Positions 25,622 through 38,169 of a DNA stretch of 64,000 nt are shown piece after piece. Source of the stretch: Macrostomum lignano. Lineage: Eukaryota. A program made the position numbers and the translations under genes. Every line of letters begins with the position of its first letter. Within the stretch, counting starts at the first letter, position 1. The notes beneath the pieces are model-generated. The model was not told the DNA's origin. It did not search any database and was given only the letters and a program-made list of their open reading frames with translations. Where the stretch lies: assembly GCA_002269645.1 (NCBI GenBank), contig NIVC01003354.1, forward strand, positions 1 through 64,000, given 5' to 3'.

Positions 25622-26158
25622 TAAATGGGCCACTTAGCTTATTTGCGTGTAAGCTACCTTCAGTTCAGTAGTAAGTTAAAGAGAAGCATTTTAATGTATT
25701 TTTTGTTTTTAAAGCCAAGGCTTATTTATTGGCTCTACCCACCAGCCTAAACCCTCCAACCGCGCCTTTGCACACTACGCCCCACCCCGCCTCAATTTTA
25801 TTGCCTTTCTCGGAATTCCAGCCTAAAGCTGCCATGTACATTTCATTGGACTGGCTAATGTACATTACTGTTGAACCAATTAGCAAGCTGTTTACGCCTG
25901 CAAGCTAGGGCTTCTAAACTTATCAAAGTTATTTTAGCTGTCTTTATTTTTATAATATAGCTTATGTATTCTTCTTTGCTACTGAGCTGAAAGTAGAAAG
26001 CTGTTTTGCTAAGTATATATGCCTGAGTGGCCCATCTAGTTATTCTACTCGGAGTACCTGTGGAGCCAATAAATGAAAAAAAATTCTAAAATTCTTCTGT
26101 TTAACTTACTACTGAACTGAAAGTAGCTTACACGCAAATGTGATGAGTGGCCCATCTA
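25622..26158. mobile_element. MITE with about 60-bp inverted termini
   Basis: atgggccact...atttgcgtgtaagctac(c/t)ttcagttcagtagtaagttaa at 25625-25680 is inverted at 26100-26156. No TSD identified. Confidence 0.6.
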
Positions 26159-26713
26159 ATTATTGTAGTATCTGTGGTGGTTGGAGGCAAAAGTAAGAAG
26201 TCAAATTGAAAATTAAATCATTTTTACAGATTCAGCTAGAAAACAGGTGTGCATAGCTTGATATTGCACTGTAACTTCATTCATGTATTTGCGATGGGTT
26301 GGTTCAAGCAAGCCAGTCAGAAATTCACATGTGCCGTGGCATTAATCACTGCATAAGCTTAATCAGATACAAAATGAACCAACAATAACACAGGTGCATG
26401 TCAAACTAATTTCAATCAAATCAAAACTATTACTCATCATTCTTTGCCAATATTGATATCGAAATTAAAGCAACAGAATTTAGAATCGAAATAAATATAT
26501 GAGACCTAAAAATTGTTGCTAACATGTTCAATTTTTAACATTTGAAAACAGTCAGAAACATTAATAGCACGAAACGCTATTAGTACTACTCACTACAAGT
26601 GGTGGGAAGTAGCATATTTTGGACCGTATTTTGTCAGAAATTCAAACTTCACAATATTCTACAAATCTGAGCTCAATTTTAAAGGCAAATGGTAAAGGCT
26701 CGGTAAGCTTTAA

Positions 26714-27310
26714 TTAAGCTTTGTCGCCAGGTGAGTTGCTAGGCGCACTGTTGTACTGATTGGCGTAAAAAGTGTCGAATGCAAGCGACACGCCGCTGTC
26801 AAATGCAACCCGGTATCTGATTGGCAAAAAATAGAAATTAACGGCTTGAGCAGCGCTCCATATGGTGGCCTCGTACTTGTAGATCTCTAGGCCGGCCTCC
26901 CACAGATCGGCTTTAATCGCCTCCCTGCCAACTCCGCGCATTAAGCCGAGGCTAACAACGTACAGAGTGATGTACACGGGCGAGAACAGCAGCGCATCGG
27001 CGGCAACTTTGTACACCAGGGCGCGCGCAGTCCGGCCCAGGAAGCGTCTCTCTAAGAACAGGTACCAATAGTGAGTGAGCGGGCCCAGCAGCACGCCGCA
27101 CGATCCTATTGTTAAATTGCGCTTCCAATTCACTGTTGACAATAGCGATTGCTTCCTGTTGCGGCACTCCAGTTTCTGGCTGATCAGATCGCCGCACGAG
27201 GAGCTGAGGCCGCAGATTGCGCAGTTGGTTAGCAACAGGTAGCGGTTGAATAGGAGGTGCCCGCAACTGCGAGCACTGACCGCTATACGGCGCCACTGAC
27301 TGGCGGTCAT
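26714..27310 (-). CDS. MPV17L2: Mpv17/PMP22 family membrane protein, MPV17L2-like (198 aa, intronless)
   Basis: YLLLTN...GDLISQKLE, LGPLTHYWYLFLERRF, KVAADALLFSP, IWSAAQAVNFYFLPIRYRVAF are family hallmarks. Confidence 0.85.
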   Translation of the reverse strand: MTASQWRRIAVSARSCGHLLFNRYLLLTNCAICGLSSSCGDLISQKLECRNRKQSLLSTVNWKRNLTIGSCGVLLGPLTHYWYLFLERRFLGRTARALVYKVAADALLFSPVYITLYVVSLGLMRGVGREAIKADLWEAGLEIYKYEATIWSAAQAVNFYFLPIRYRVAFDSGVSLAFDTFYANQYNSAPSNSPGDKA

Positions 27311-27424
27311 GAACAGACAGGCAGTTCTGTTTGCTTGTGGGCAGTGGCTAAATGGTCAGGAATTAAGCAGGTAGTTATAGGTATGACATGAGCCGATGAC
27401 CTAGTCATCATCTAGTCATAGGTT

Positions 27425-27860
27425 AGCTATGACCTAGGGCCAATTTGGTCATAAGTTAGCCATGACCTAGGCCCAATTTGGTCATAGGTTAGCTGTGACC
27501 TAGACACAATTTGGTCATAGGTTAGCTGTGACCTAGGCCCAATTTGGTCATAGGTTAGCTGTGACCTAGGCCCAATTTGGTCATAGGTTAGCTGTGACCT
27601 AGGCCCAATTTGGTCATAAGTTAGCCATGACCTAGGCCCAATTTGGTCATAAGTTAGCCATGACCTAGGCCCAATTTGGTCATAGGTTAGCTGTGACCTA
27701 GGCCCAATTTGGTCATAGGTTAGCTGTGACCTAGGTCCAATTTGGTCATAGGTTAGCTGTGACCTAGACACAATTTTGTCATAGGTTAGCTATGACCTAG
27801 GTCCAATTTGGTCATAGGTTAGCTGTGACCTAGGTCCAATTTTGTCATAGGTTAGCTGTG
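27425..27860. repeat. Minisatellite, 33-bp unit gacctaggcccaatttggtcataggttagctgt
   Basis: About 13 tandem copies beginning about 115 bp upstream of the MPV17L2 ATG. Confidence 0.92.
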
Positions 27861-28499
27861 ATGTAGACCTAGGCAAGATGTAGTCATAGAGTACTCATGG
27901 TCTACTCAAGCAATATAGCAATGGAATACTCGTAAAGTGGAAATAGGATAGATATGGTATAGTCATAGAGAAATCATGATCTATTCAAAGTTTTTCTATG
28001 AGTAACTAAACTATAAGTTTCTACCATGGTTAAAAAACAGTAGTCTTGTATCAAAGTACTTACTGTCCTATCTATAAAGGTCATTTTAATCTGAATACAA
28101 ATGATCATAAGTTCTTTATTGTGTCTGTTATTCTTATTCATATATTAGAAAAAGAGCAAAGAAACACCAAACATTAGGCACTACTTTTACCGAAGACGAA
28201 AGTAGTATTTCAGGTATAATATAAAATATGCAACATTCGACAGAGATATAATTTTTAACGCCAATTTTTATGCCAGATGCTATGAATACAAGAAATAATA
28301 ATAATAACAATATTGAGAAAAGACAAACGGGCTAAAATGGACAGATAAATAACATCAATTTAAGTCAGCGACAATTTGAAAGTATAAATGAAACAGAATA
28401 CGATCATTTATAGACTACTCAAAGTAGCTAAAATTAGTTGTTTAACATCAGTCTAAGTACTTATTCACTTATTTGTCAATGTGCCACTAATTGGTCATT

Positions 28500-28765
28500 A
28501 CCGACTAATGAACAAGCTTACTGATTGTTCATAAGACACTAATGACCAAGCTTACTGATTGGTCATAAGACACTAATGACCAAGCTTACTGATTGGTCAT
28601 AAGACACTAATGACCAAGCTTACTGATTGGTCATCACACACTAAAGACCAGCTCGCCGATTGGTCATCACACACTAATGACCAGCCTGCTGATTGGTCAC
28701 CACACACTAATGACCAGCCTGCTGATTGGTCATCACACACTAATGACCAGCCTGCTGATTTATCA
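28500..28765. repeat. Minisatellite, 33-34 bp unit ctaatgacc...tgattggtca
   Basis: About 8 tandem copies in two subtypes. Confidence 0.88.
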
Positions 28766-28933
28766 TCACCCACCAGCTTGAAACTTCGTGGCTCAGTCGC
28801 AGAAAAAAATGGTGCAAAAAACTGCCTTGCGCATACATAAATAGCAATGAATAAACTATAGCACAGTATTAAAAAAGGGAACTGTGCCACAAAATAGACA
28901 AATGTACAGTGCAATATAGTGTGCAGCAGATAA

Positions 28934-29363
28934 CTAGTGCGCAGATTTAGTTGGCGAACGCACAAAGCCAAACTGTTCGAGTTTAGATTGGTTTGCTGCA
29001 GCGCCAACGTCAGCATTGGATTCTGCAGTCTCGCTGACCTCCAACAACTCGACGCTGTCGCGAGCCTGCAGCTCCAGTCTGCTGCTGTCCTCAGCTGACG
29101 GGTTGTAGAATTTGCGAGCGCCATTATTCAACAGTTTCAGAGTGCGATCTTGAAAGAGAAGGACGGAACGGAAGAATGTCGTGTTGGCTACTGTTAGTAG
29201 GCAGGCAGTAGCGTGAAATCGAAATTCGTAACTCTAAAATGCACTCACCATAAACGGCACTCATGTTTTGCTCGGCATTCACGCCCGTGTCCACAAGCTT
29301 CTGGGAAACGCGCACTTTGAGCTGATTAGCATTGTCAGCAAATGGGCAGCTTCGTTTGGGCAT
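28934..29363 (-). CDS. SIVA1: Apoptosis regulator Siva homologue, 2 exons, 109 aa as modelled
   Basis: Exon 1 29363-29249 gives MPKRSCPFADNANQLKVRVSQKLVDTGVNAEQNMSAVY, close to the human start as recalled (MPKRSCPFADVAPLQLKVRVSQ). Donor G|GTGAGT, 100-bp intron, acceptor ttctctttcaag. Exon 2 29148-28934 gives DRTLKLLNNGAR...QSKLEQFGFVRSPTKSAH*. Confidence 0.85.
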
Positions 29364-30284
29364 TTTTATTCTGAAAAAAACCAACAATTTGGTATAAAAG
29401 CCGTGTAATATTTTTCTTACAAACTTTTGCATTTCCTTCATATTTTATTTATTAACTAATTAGCTTTCAAATTCTAAATAAATAAGTTACTTCTTTTACC
29501 ATATGCTTACTTTTAGTAGCATTATACATATAAATTTTTGAAATTATGATGTATTACTTTTTTAGCTTGTAAATTGCTTAGATAACCTCTGTGCTTTACT
29601 AAAAAGATGGAAAAGCAAAGACAGTGCATTATGAAGTCTATTTGGGAAAGTGCAAGATTTCTGTATTTTCTATGTTAACTTTAATGGAGTAATGCTTATT
29701 AATGATTATCAGTTAACTTAACAAAATTAAGAGTTAATAAGTTAAGATTCTTTTTCTTTTGACACTAATGCTTTTGCCATTAAATAAAAGTTAAGATTTT
29801 CATTAACAGTGCCCAACACTGGGTATAGGTGTGCATATAAGTAGCGGGGGTTAGTGTTGGCAATGGCTAGAGTTCTGGCATCGGAGCCCATTTTCTAATG
29901 GCTATGGATCTGGCAATGGTATTCCAATAGTGCAATTTATGGGTATAATATAGCAAAAATATTTTACTTTTTAATAGGTGGTTGATATTAAGCTTTTGTT
30001 CAAAATAAGATCAAAATGAAATAATGAGATTCAAAACAAGATACTTCTAATGTTTAAAGACTTCATTAGTAGATAACTGCCTGCAGAAAACTGCCAGATC
30101 CATAGCTATTAGAAAATAGGTTCCAGTACTAGTAATAAAGGCTGAAGCCTTACAAAAGGTCAGAGCGCTAACATAGTGAAGCATAGAGTAGTAGAAGCTT
30201 ACCCTAGGGTAAAAATAATACCAATTGATAAAAAATTTACTAGTGAATGAAAATATGTGCTGTCATCTTTAAGGTTTGCTGCCT

Positions 30285-30560
30285 CCCACACCCCTAGCAT
30301 TAGTAAGGCTAGTGGGGGCTCACCCCTCCCACACCCCTGGCATTAGCATGGCTAGTGGGGGGCTTTCTACCCCCATACCCCTGGCATTAGCATGGCTAGT
30401 GGGGGGCTTTCTACCCCCACACCCCTGGCATTAGCATGGCTAGTGGGGGGCTTTCCACCCCCACACCCCTGGCATTAGCATGGCTAGTGGGGGGCTTGCC
30501 ACTCCTACACCCATGGTATTAGTAAGGCTACTAGTGGGGGGGCTGGCCGCCCCCCACACC
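30285..30560. repeat. About 40-bp tandem repeat with G-run/C-run hairpins
   Basis: ccccacacccctggcattagcatggctagtggggggctt, about 6 copies. Confidence 0.8.
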
Positions 30561-31819
30561 CCCGCTTAACCCTCACCCTATACTCCCACCTTAAACCAAT
30601 ATATGACTTATTGTGTATTAAGATATGGCTACCATATATGCAATTAAAACACTGGGTAGACGGCTGCCATGCATGCAAGCTTTTTGATATGAATAACCTA
30701 GAAAATCCAATAATTTAGGTAATTTATTAAAAGCTCAATAATTTGCTTATCCTAAGTATCTCAAGCCACTGTTTCTTTATTTAGAAGTTACAAGCCATCT
30801 ATAGCTTTTTTATAATGCAGCTGTGTACCCTAAAAATGAAACAAAAAGAATTATTAATAAATATTACTTCAAGAAAAACCTAAACTAAAAGTAAACTAAA
30901 AGAAGGATTAAAAACTATTGCTTGAAAAAGGAAAATAAAAAGATTAAACTAAATGGTCTAAACTAGTATAATTTGTGTCTTTTTAATAACTTGACTTCTT
31001 ATCTTTATTTTATTCTATAAATTCTATAAACTCATGTTAATTGCTAATGATAAATATTTAAAAGACTTGAGCCATTGTTTTTTTGCTTGTTCTAAAAAAA
31101 TTGAACTATTTATGCTTTAAGGCCCTAATTCTTTTTTGACAAACTGTAATACAAATACAAAATTAAAAAAAACAAAAAGATTTACACATGGTTACTTACT
31201 AGTGCAAATTGTCCTAAATAGCATGCAGTGATAAATACTAAATGTAAGAAGGTAAATTTAAATTGATAGGGGCTCATACCAAATTAAAAAATTGAAAAAG
31301 GGAATACCAATACAGTAAACCTAAAGAAAAAGAAAGATACAGCAGTAGATAAGGGTAAGATAAGGATACACCTACAGTATGGCCTAATCTTATTAAGTCT
31401 AGGCCTAATGCCAATGAAAATATGCCTATTGCCTAATTATATTGAGTATATTATACAAGTCATATAAAATTCGGATATAGTAATAACAATGTAACAAAGC
31501 AAGGTATGGATAAATAATACAATTACAATGTAAGCTATAATAGGAACTGGATAATTAGACAGTCTTGTATATGAGTTTGGTCATTTTTGAGTTTTGAGTT
31601 TTTTTAGTGTGAGTGTTGGCGAGCTGCATATGCTACGCAGCGAAAAACTACTTTAAAAAACAATCTTTTGCTTTCCTAATAAAATAAAAATGTATTCAGA
31701 ATCCTTTCACTATGTGAATGGAGTTCAATGCTGGCCAGATTTATCTTTTAACTGATTTTAAATAACATGAATAGTAAATATGACTTTATTTTCTTATATT
31801 TTTTTAATTTGTGGTTATT

Positions 31820-32190
31820 TAAAAAGTTCTGTGAATAAAAGTTGGCAAATGTTATGTTATTTCAGCTTCAATCCAGGAAAAATGTCCCTAAATGATTTTT
31901 CCCAGACTATTTACTATATATGCCTAATATAGCACATTTAATGCTACAAAATACTGCAGTTTTGGCAAAATTATGTGGTTCATTCTTGAGAAATATTTAT
32001 TTTTCAAAAGGCTCTATGAATGAAAAACAGCAAATGTTATGCATTTTTCAAATTCAATCTAGGAAAATTGTCCTTAAATGATTTTACCCAAATTATTCAC
32101 TATATATGTCTAATAAAGCACATTTAATGCTACAAAATACTGCAGTTTTGGCAAAATTGTGTGGTTCATTCTCAAGAAATATCTATTTTC
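31820..32190. repeat. Diverged tandem duplication of about 180 bp
   Basis: gcacatttaatgctacaaaatactgcagttttggcaaaatt occurs near 31930 and 32117, with collinear flanks. Confidence 0.8.
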
Positions 32191-33649
32191 CTGGTAGCAA
32201 AAAAATTAGTTAAATTTTAACCTTTCCTATGTGAACAACCCAATGACTCCAAATAGCATCAGATTCATAATGCCATCTAAAAGCCCTTGTAAAGTGATAC
32301 ACATTGACCCCTCACTCAAGGTCTAGCATTGTGCTATTCTGAAATGGCTGCACAAAATCAAAATATTTTATCATTCCAGAAAATTTGTAAAAACAACCTG
32401 GTTCAAAAACTATACTTCCTGGGCCTTAACCAATGCTGTAGCAAAGTCAACATGTTCAGTGGGCACAATATTGCTCTGTATGTCAAAGAGAGTCGAGTCC
32501 AAAACAATTATATTTTTACCCTTACTATTGGTAAAATGGCTCTTTTTTTTGAAAAAATCACATTTTTTACTTTGAGAAGCCATATACATATGCCGATGTA
32601 TTCAACAAGCCTAAACAACACATTTTCAAAGAGAAAACATCCAGATCTTTAAAATAAGCACATTTTATTCTGAAACTCACACTATCTGTTGGGTCAATAC
32701 ACCTTGAAAGACGAAAATGATTTTTCTTTGGAGTCACCAGACCTACAAGAGATATACAAAAGCTCAAGGTATAGCCATGAACATACCCTCATAATAAAGG
32801 ACATAAAAAATGTAGTTCATTGACACTGAGCATGCCTTGCTGCGTTGCTCTATTAAAAATTTACAGGCTATAATGTCAGTTGTGATTGCAAACCCCCTAG
32901 CATATTGTAAAAGTAGAAATCTGTACCATCAGAGATCCTAATTGAGTTAGTAGAAAATCCAAGATAGCCATGGTATGCAAAAATTTGCTGCACATAGGGG
33001 CAACACAGCCCCTCAAAGCCAAACTAAAAAACATAAAAGTTCAATGCATTTTTCTGTTGCAAAAAATGCATAAAAATGGCCAAATTCATGTCTTTTACTT
33101 CAACTATCTATGGCTTAAAGCCTGTGACTCAGATCCTCTCAAAATCTATTACAATCTTGTAGCAAACATTGAGTTGAGCAATAATACCTAGCAAGCCAAT
33201 ACATAGATCTAGACCAAGTAGTCTCTAAATTGGCTCAAATGCATTCATCAACAACATTTGAGTTTAAAGTACATGTACTTTTATAGTTAAAATACATGTG
33301 ACGACTTGAGTTTATGCTCATTATTTAGCCTTAGGTGTCCTTGTTGTAGGGTGGCAACTCAGAGGCCATGCTGTATTCAAGTTGAAAAAAGTGCACATTT
33401 TTGCTATTAGAAAAACAGTTTTTTGCACTTTTAACAGTGCAAGTTCGAAGAAAATCGGTCCAGCCATTTTTTCTCTAATCGATTGCGTACAAACAAGCAA
33501 CTCATTTTTAGTATATAGGATTAACCAATCAAAGATTTTTAGACAATCAATGCCCTGATAGAATAGGTGAAGTTATTTTGCAGTATGATGAAATGGTTCC
33601 ATATTTTTTAGATCAAAATTTTTGACAAATTGAAAAAAAAGTTTTTTAT

Positions 33650-33790
33650 TGCCATAGCAACCAAAATTGTTTTTTATTGCCATAGTAACCAAAATTGTTT
33701 TTGATTGCCATAGCAACCAAAACTGTTTTTTATTGCCATAGCAACCAAAACTGTTTTTTGTTGCCATAGCAACCAAAATTGGTTTTCATG
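33650..33790. repeat. Short minisatellite ttgccatagcaaccaaaattgttttt
   Basis: About 5 copies. Confidence 0.8.
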
Positions 33791-34977
33791 GCAACAAAAT
33801 GTTTTTGAGTCAATAGGTCTAAGTGTTTGATATCTTTTGCTGCAAACTGCTTGTCTTTAGCATGTGCCATTTTTATTCTATATAATTTTCAATTCTAAAA
33901 TTGTGCATTTTACGTGTGGTAGGTTATTCCACATCTTAGGGAGCCTATCTTGGTCTATGCTTGAGCTCTAACCTAACTAGAACTCTAGTTATTACCATTA
34001 GTGTTAATGTATGATGTAGCATAATAAGGTAAGTATCTGGTATAGGAAAGTGGGCATCTGGCGCAGTTTAGACCTCGCTGCAATACTATAGCCAATATAG
34101 CAATAAATAGAGTTCCTAGTCATTTTGTCATCTGCCATTTCGTCATCTGGGTGTCTGGGGTGCTCACCTTGACTATGGTCACTTCGTCATCTTAATTAAC
34201 ATGCACTACCTGAAGAGAGTCATTTCGTCATCTACCAATCATATTAGTTCCAACTTCAAGTGAATTATTGTGGCAATTAAATATATTTACTTGGAATCCT
34301 AATAATCCCAGTCATTTTGTCATCTCGATTGATAAAACCTGTCAATCGATCGGTTCTGCTTGCCACAGCTTTTAGTTATTAAACAAAAAATAGTTTATAC
34401 TAACTCGAATCATGCACAGATTGATTGGTTGATGACGAAGTATCCAGCATAACTAAATATTTGGTCACTTCGTCATATTATTTTTCAAGCTACTTTGCTT
34501 CTGGTCACTTTGTCATCCAATATGATGAAATGGAATATGACGATCTGACCAGTGACCATAAATAGGGCCAATGGCCAATGGGCAATGATAGATTTCATTT
34601 CATTTAATGCAACTTTAACTACAAAGTCAAATATTTTAACTATTTTTTCATATAACTAATGCATAGATCAATGGTTGGGCATAAAGCAATGGAGTGCAAT
34701 GAAAAAACTGAACAAGGCATGAGTTACATGAATAACATTAGTCAAGATGTTAGGTTTAAAACATAGAACCATTGGCATTATTGTCATGATATTTTTGACA
34801 TATCATATAGGCCTAGGCCTAGAAAATACCAAAAAGTAATCATCTATTAGTATAAGCCCTAATTGATTTATTTAAAACATGAAAAATAAAATGATACAAT
34901 AATTTTTGGTTCCAATAATTTTAATCTAATTTTAGATTAAGAATACTTTATTTAAGTGATAATCATAAGACCTTTTT

Positions 34978-35539
34978 GGCAATCCTACACTTCCGTTCGG
35001 TAAATTATTTTAACATTTGAATTTGTACCACCAAGTCAAATGACGTCGATTGGCAATGTGTCTATGGCCAAAAGTTTGAGCAAACAGAGTTTAAGGGGGT
35101 ATCAGTTTAAGGGAGCTGTTGCTTGTGAGCTGCTTGTTTTTTGAGCTTCAATTTCTTATTTCCTATCGGCTGCACTTCGTAGATCCAGCGGACCCAACAG
35201 TCCACACCAACACCGTGGAGGGCACATGGGCCCACGCGAAGCACAAGATCCGCAACATGCATGGCACGAGCGACGCTCTCTTTGACGCACACATTAAGGA
35301 ATTCCTCTGGGGTCGTCTGTATCCCCAATGTCCATTTGGGGCTATCCTGTACTGGATTGGACATTACTATCCATTATAGACACCTTAATGACCTGCAGAC
35401 ACACTCTAAGTGACTATGCGCTCTAACAGACTGCTACCATGTTCCACTGTTTCAGTTTTGTTTGGTTACATTGTTATTTAACATGCTTGTTCAAAATTCA
35501 GTGTCAAAATAATTTACCGAATGGAAGTGTAGGATTGCC
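34978..35539 (+). mobile_element. Internally deleted Merlin (IS1016/ISXO2-like) DNA transposon
   Basis: About 34-bp TIR GGCAATCCTACACTTCC(G/A)TTCGGTAAATTATTTT. 8-bp TSD ACCTTTTT / GCCTTTTC. Retains the C-terminal transposase FVDPADPTVHTNTVEGTWAHAKHKIRNMHG..HIKEFLW (about 35170-35379). Confidence 0.88.
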
Positions 35540-35817
35540 GCCTTTTCATATTGCTTATTTTAGTTCTAGAACCAGATCCAATTTGTCAAGTATAAATTTT
35601 TGTCTCCTAAACTAAACTAGAGGGATATAAGTACTATAATTGTATAAAGTTGCGATTATTAAATGGCAATCAATAGCCAAGAAGAAATTGAAAAAAATGT
35701 GCAAAGTGAGGCTGTTAAGGCAGTCAAACATTCAACAAAGTTAAATAGTTATACTGTTTTTTTTCTTGGAAGATCCAAACCGATTCTGGTTCTGGAATTG
35801 GTAATGTGAAAAGCCCC
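35540..35817. mobile_element. MITE copy 1 (GGGCCTTTTCATAT termini, Harbinger-like); left TIR disrupted by the Merlin insertion
   Basis: Aligns with 36032-36291. Ends ggtaatgtgaaaagcccc. Confidence 0.65.
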
Positions 35818-36031
35818 ATATTTATAAATTACAATACATCACAATAGTAGAAATCACAATTTCTAGGAAAAAAACCAGCGATTCCGAATTCGCTCAAAGT
35901 TTAGTTACGAACAAAAATCATCTTAATGGTGGACAGCCTGGGAAACAGTTCAAATAATATTTGAGAAAATCTGCATGAAATTAGTAGACAGATCGTACAA
36001 CTCATTTTGAACTGATAAGGTTTGCATTAAG

Positions 36032-36291
36032 GGGCCTTTTCATATTGCTTGCTCTGGTTCCAGAACCAGAACCAATTTGTGAAGTATAACTTTTTGTCTC
36101 CATAACTAGAGGGAGATACGTGCTATAAAGTTTTTATTATTGAATGACAATCGCCAAGAAGAAAGTAAAAAATTGTGCTAAGTTAGGTTGTTAAGGCAGT
36201 CAAATATTAACAGAGTTTAATAGTTATACTGCTGTTTTTCTTGGAATTCCGAACCGATTCTGGTTCTGGAATTGGTAATATGAAAAGGCCC
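36032..36291. mobile_element. MITE copy 2 with TIRs gggccttttcatatt / aatatgaaaaggccc
   Basis: Perfect terminal inverted repeats, with AAG on both flanks (possible 3-bp TSD). Confidence 0.7.
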
Positions 36292-36319
36292 AAGCTAGGT
36301 CGTCCTTGCTACGAGTCTC

Positions 36320-36720
36320 GCCAATGGTGAAAACGGGTATCGGTAATTCACGGCCCGGCCCGGCCCACGGCCGCGGCGTTGTTACTTTAGTTTTTAACTT
36401 AATTTAAAAAAAGAGCATCAGAAGTTCGTTAAATTGACAATCAATATTTTACAACATAGTAAACTCATAATTGACTCTAAAAATATGCGCCATTCTGGTC
36501 AGTATTTTTTGTTTTTTTGTTGACAGGGCCGGGCCGTGAATTACCGCAGGCCTGTTTTCCAAAAACATCGGGAATATAACATGAAAAACTCCCGATGCTT
36601 ATCGAGCCGTAACATGTTACCGTGTTACAAAATACGGTGGATTTCCGTTTTCTAGGAAACCAACTCTAATGCGCAATAGCTATATCGACTATAGCATTAT
36701 ATAGCACCGACTAATTTTTA
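36320..36720 (+). mobile_element. Dispersed repeat (inverted copy at about 51170-51345) containing an internal inverted-repeat insert at 36341-36547
   Basis: catcgg(g/c)aatataacatgaaaaactcccgatg...gtaacatgttaccgtgtta is shared with the 51 kb copy. Insert arms are cggtaattcacggcccggccc / gggccgggccgtgaattaccg. Confidence 0.6.
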
Positions 36721-38169
36721 TTAGATAGATTGAACCAGTATGATACTAATAGTGCATAATAGTCAGTAGTAATAAGTAGTAACAGCAGCACCCGTGTCAC
36801 AACGATAAAGCGGTAAACTACGTGCGCATCGTGGCTTACAAAGCTACAGCCTACGCGTATAGTCGTAGCTTTACGGGTAGTTTGCTGCTTTCAATGCGGA
36901 ACATATATACTTTTACATAGGACGGGGAATAAGCGCTAATTTAAATGTGCATGATGACCCAGGACCAGTCAGCAGCGGAGCTGCGCTCTGGGTGCAATCA
37001 TCTGATATACTAGGCCAGCAATTGTTGCCTTAGAGTTATAGTAGAAACAAAGCCTTTTCATCTGACCTTCATAGGTAATGTTGTAGTATTGATCGTCCTT
37101 TTTAGATTGTTGAATATTAATTGATTTAACAAGCATTGGTTATAGTTATAGCATTGCTCAATAAAATGTGAATCTACTACAGCTACTTTCTAGGACAATT
37201 AATTGGCTGGCTGACTAAGGATTCAAGAAGATTTTGCCTTTGGATTGTTGAGCATTATATAGGCCTAGACACCTAGTTAATCTTTTGCAGTCGATTTGCT
37301 TAATAGAAGAGAAACCTTTATTTCTATGAAGGACTAAGGAGGGATAATATGTGGTTCTATTTAAGATATAATTTATTAATGAATTAGATATGGACAATGT
37401 CATAATTGCATATAGACCTAACATAGGCCTAGCACCTAGGCTATTGCTATTCTATATTGTCATCATAATGAATATAGTAACACTAGTAGGCATAGCAATT
37501 AATTTAGAAAAAATAGTTTTGCTATATCAATATTTAGGCCTAATTGTAATGCTTTCTATTATTAATTATTTTTATAAATAAACAATTATTACCTATTCTA
37601 ATAATATTCTTTTCCTTTATTTCCCTTTTTATTATCCCTTTCCCCACCTTATTTGTCATAGGCCTATGAATCCTTTTTCTATCCCTTTTGCCATGCTTCC
37701 CTTTATCTTTTATATCATCCCCTTTTTTCCTATTCTACCTAACGGCTAACTATTACTTGTAATTACTTTTTTATGATCTATGCCATTCCTTTTTATTCTT
37801 TTTCTTTGCCATATTGCCTATTTTTATTATCATTTTTCTTTCTTACCTCCTTAACATTTTTACCTACCCCTGGACCTTGCCATTCCATTCTCCCATTCTT
37901 TTTGCTTATCCCCCTACGCTTGACATTTTTTTCCTTGCCTATGTTTGTTATTCTCTTACTTTCTTTTCATTTTTTTCTTCTTTATTCCCTGCTAAATTTC
38001 CCCTCCTTCCTTATCCTTGCCATTCCTATCTTCCTTGCCATTCCTTTCCTCCTTTGTCCTTGCTGCTATTCCCCTCCTTCCCCATCCTCCTTGCTGCTAT
38101 TCCCCTCCTCCCCCATCCTCCTTGCCATTCCTCTTTGCTTTGCTCTTTTTCTCCTCTTTCACCCTACCC

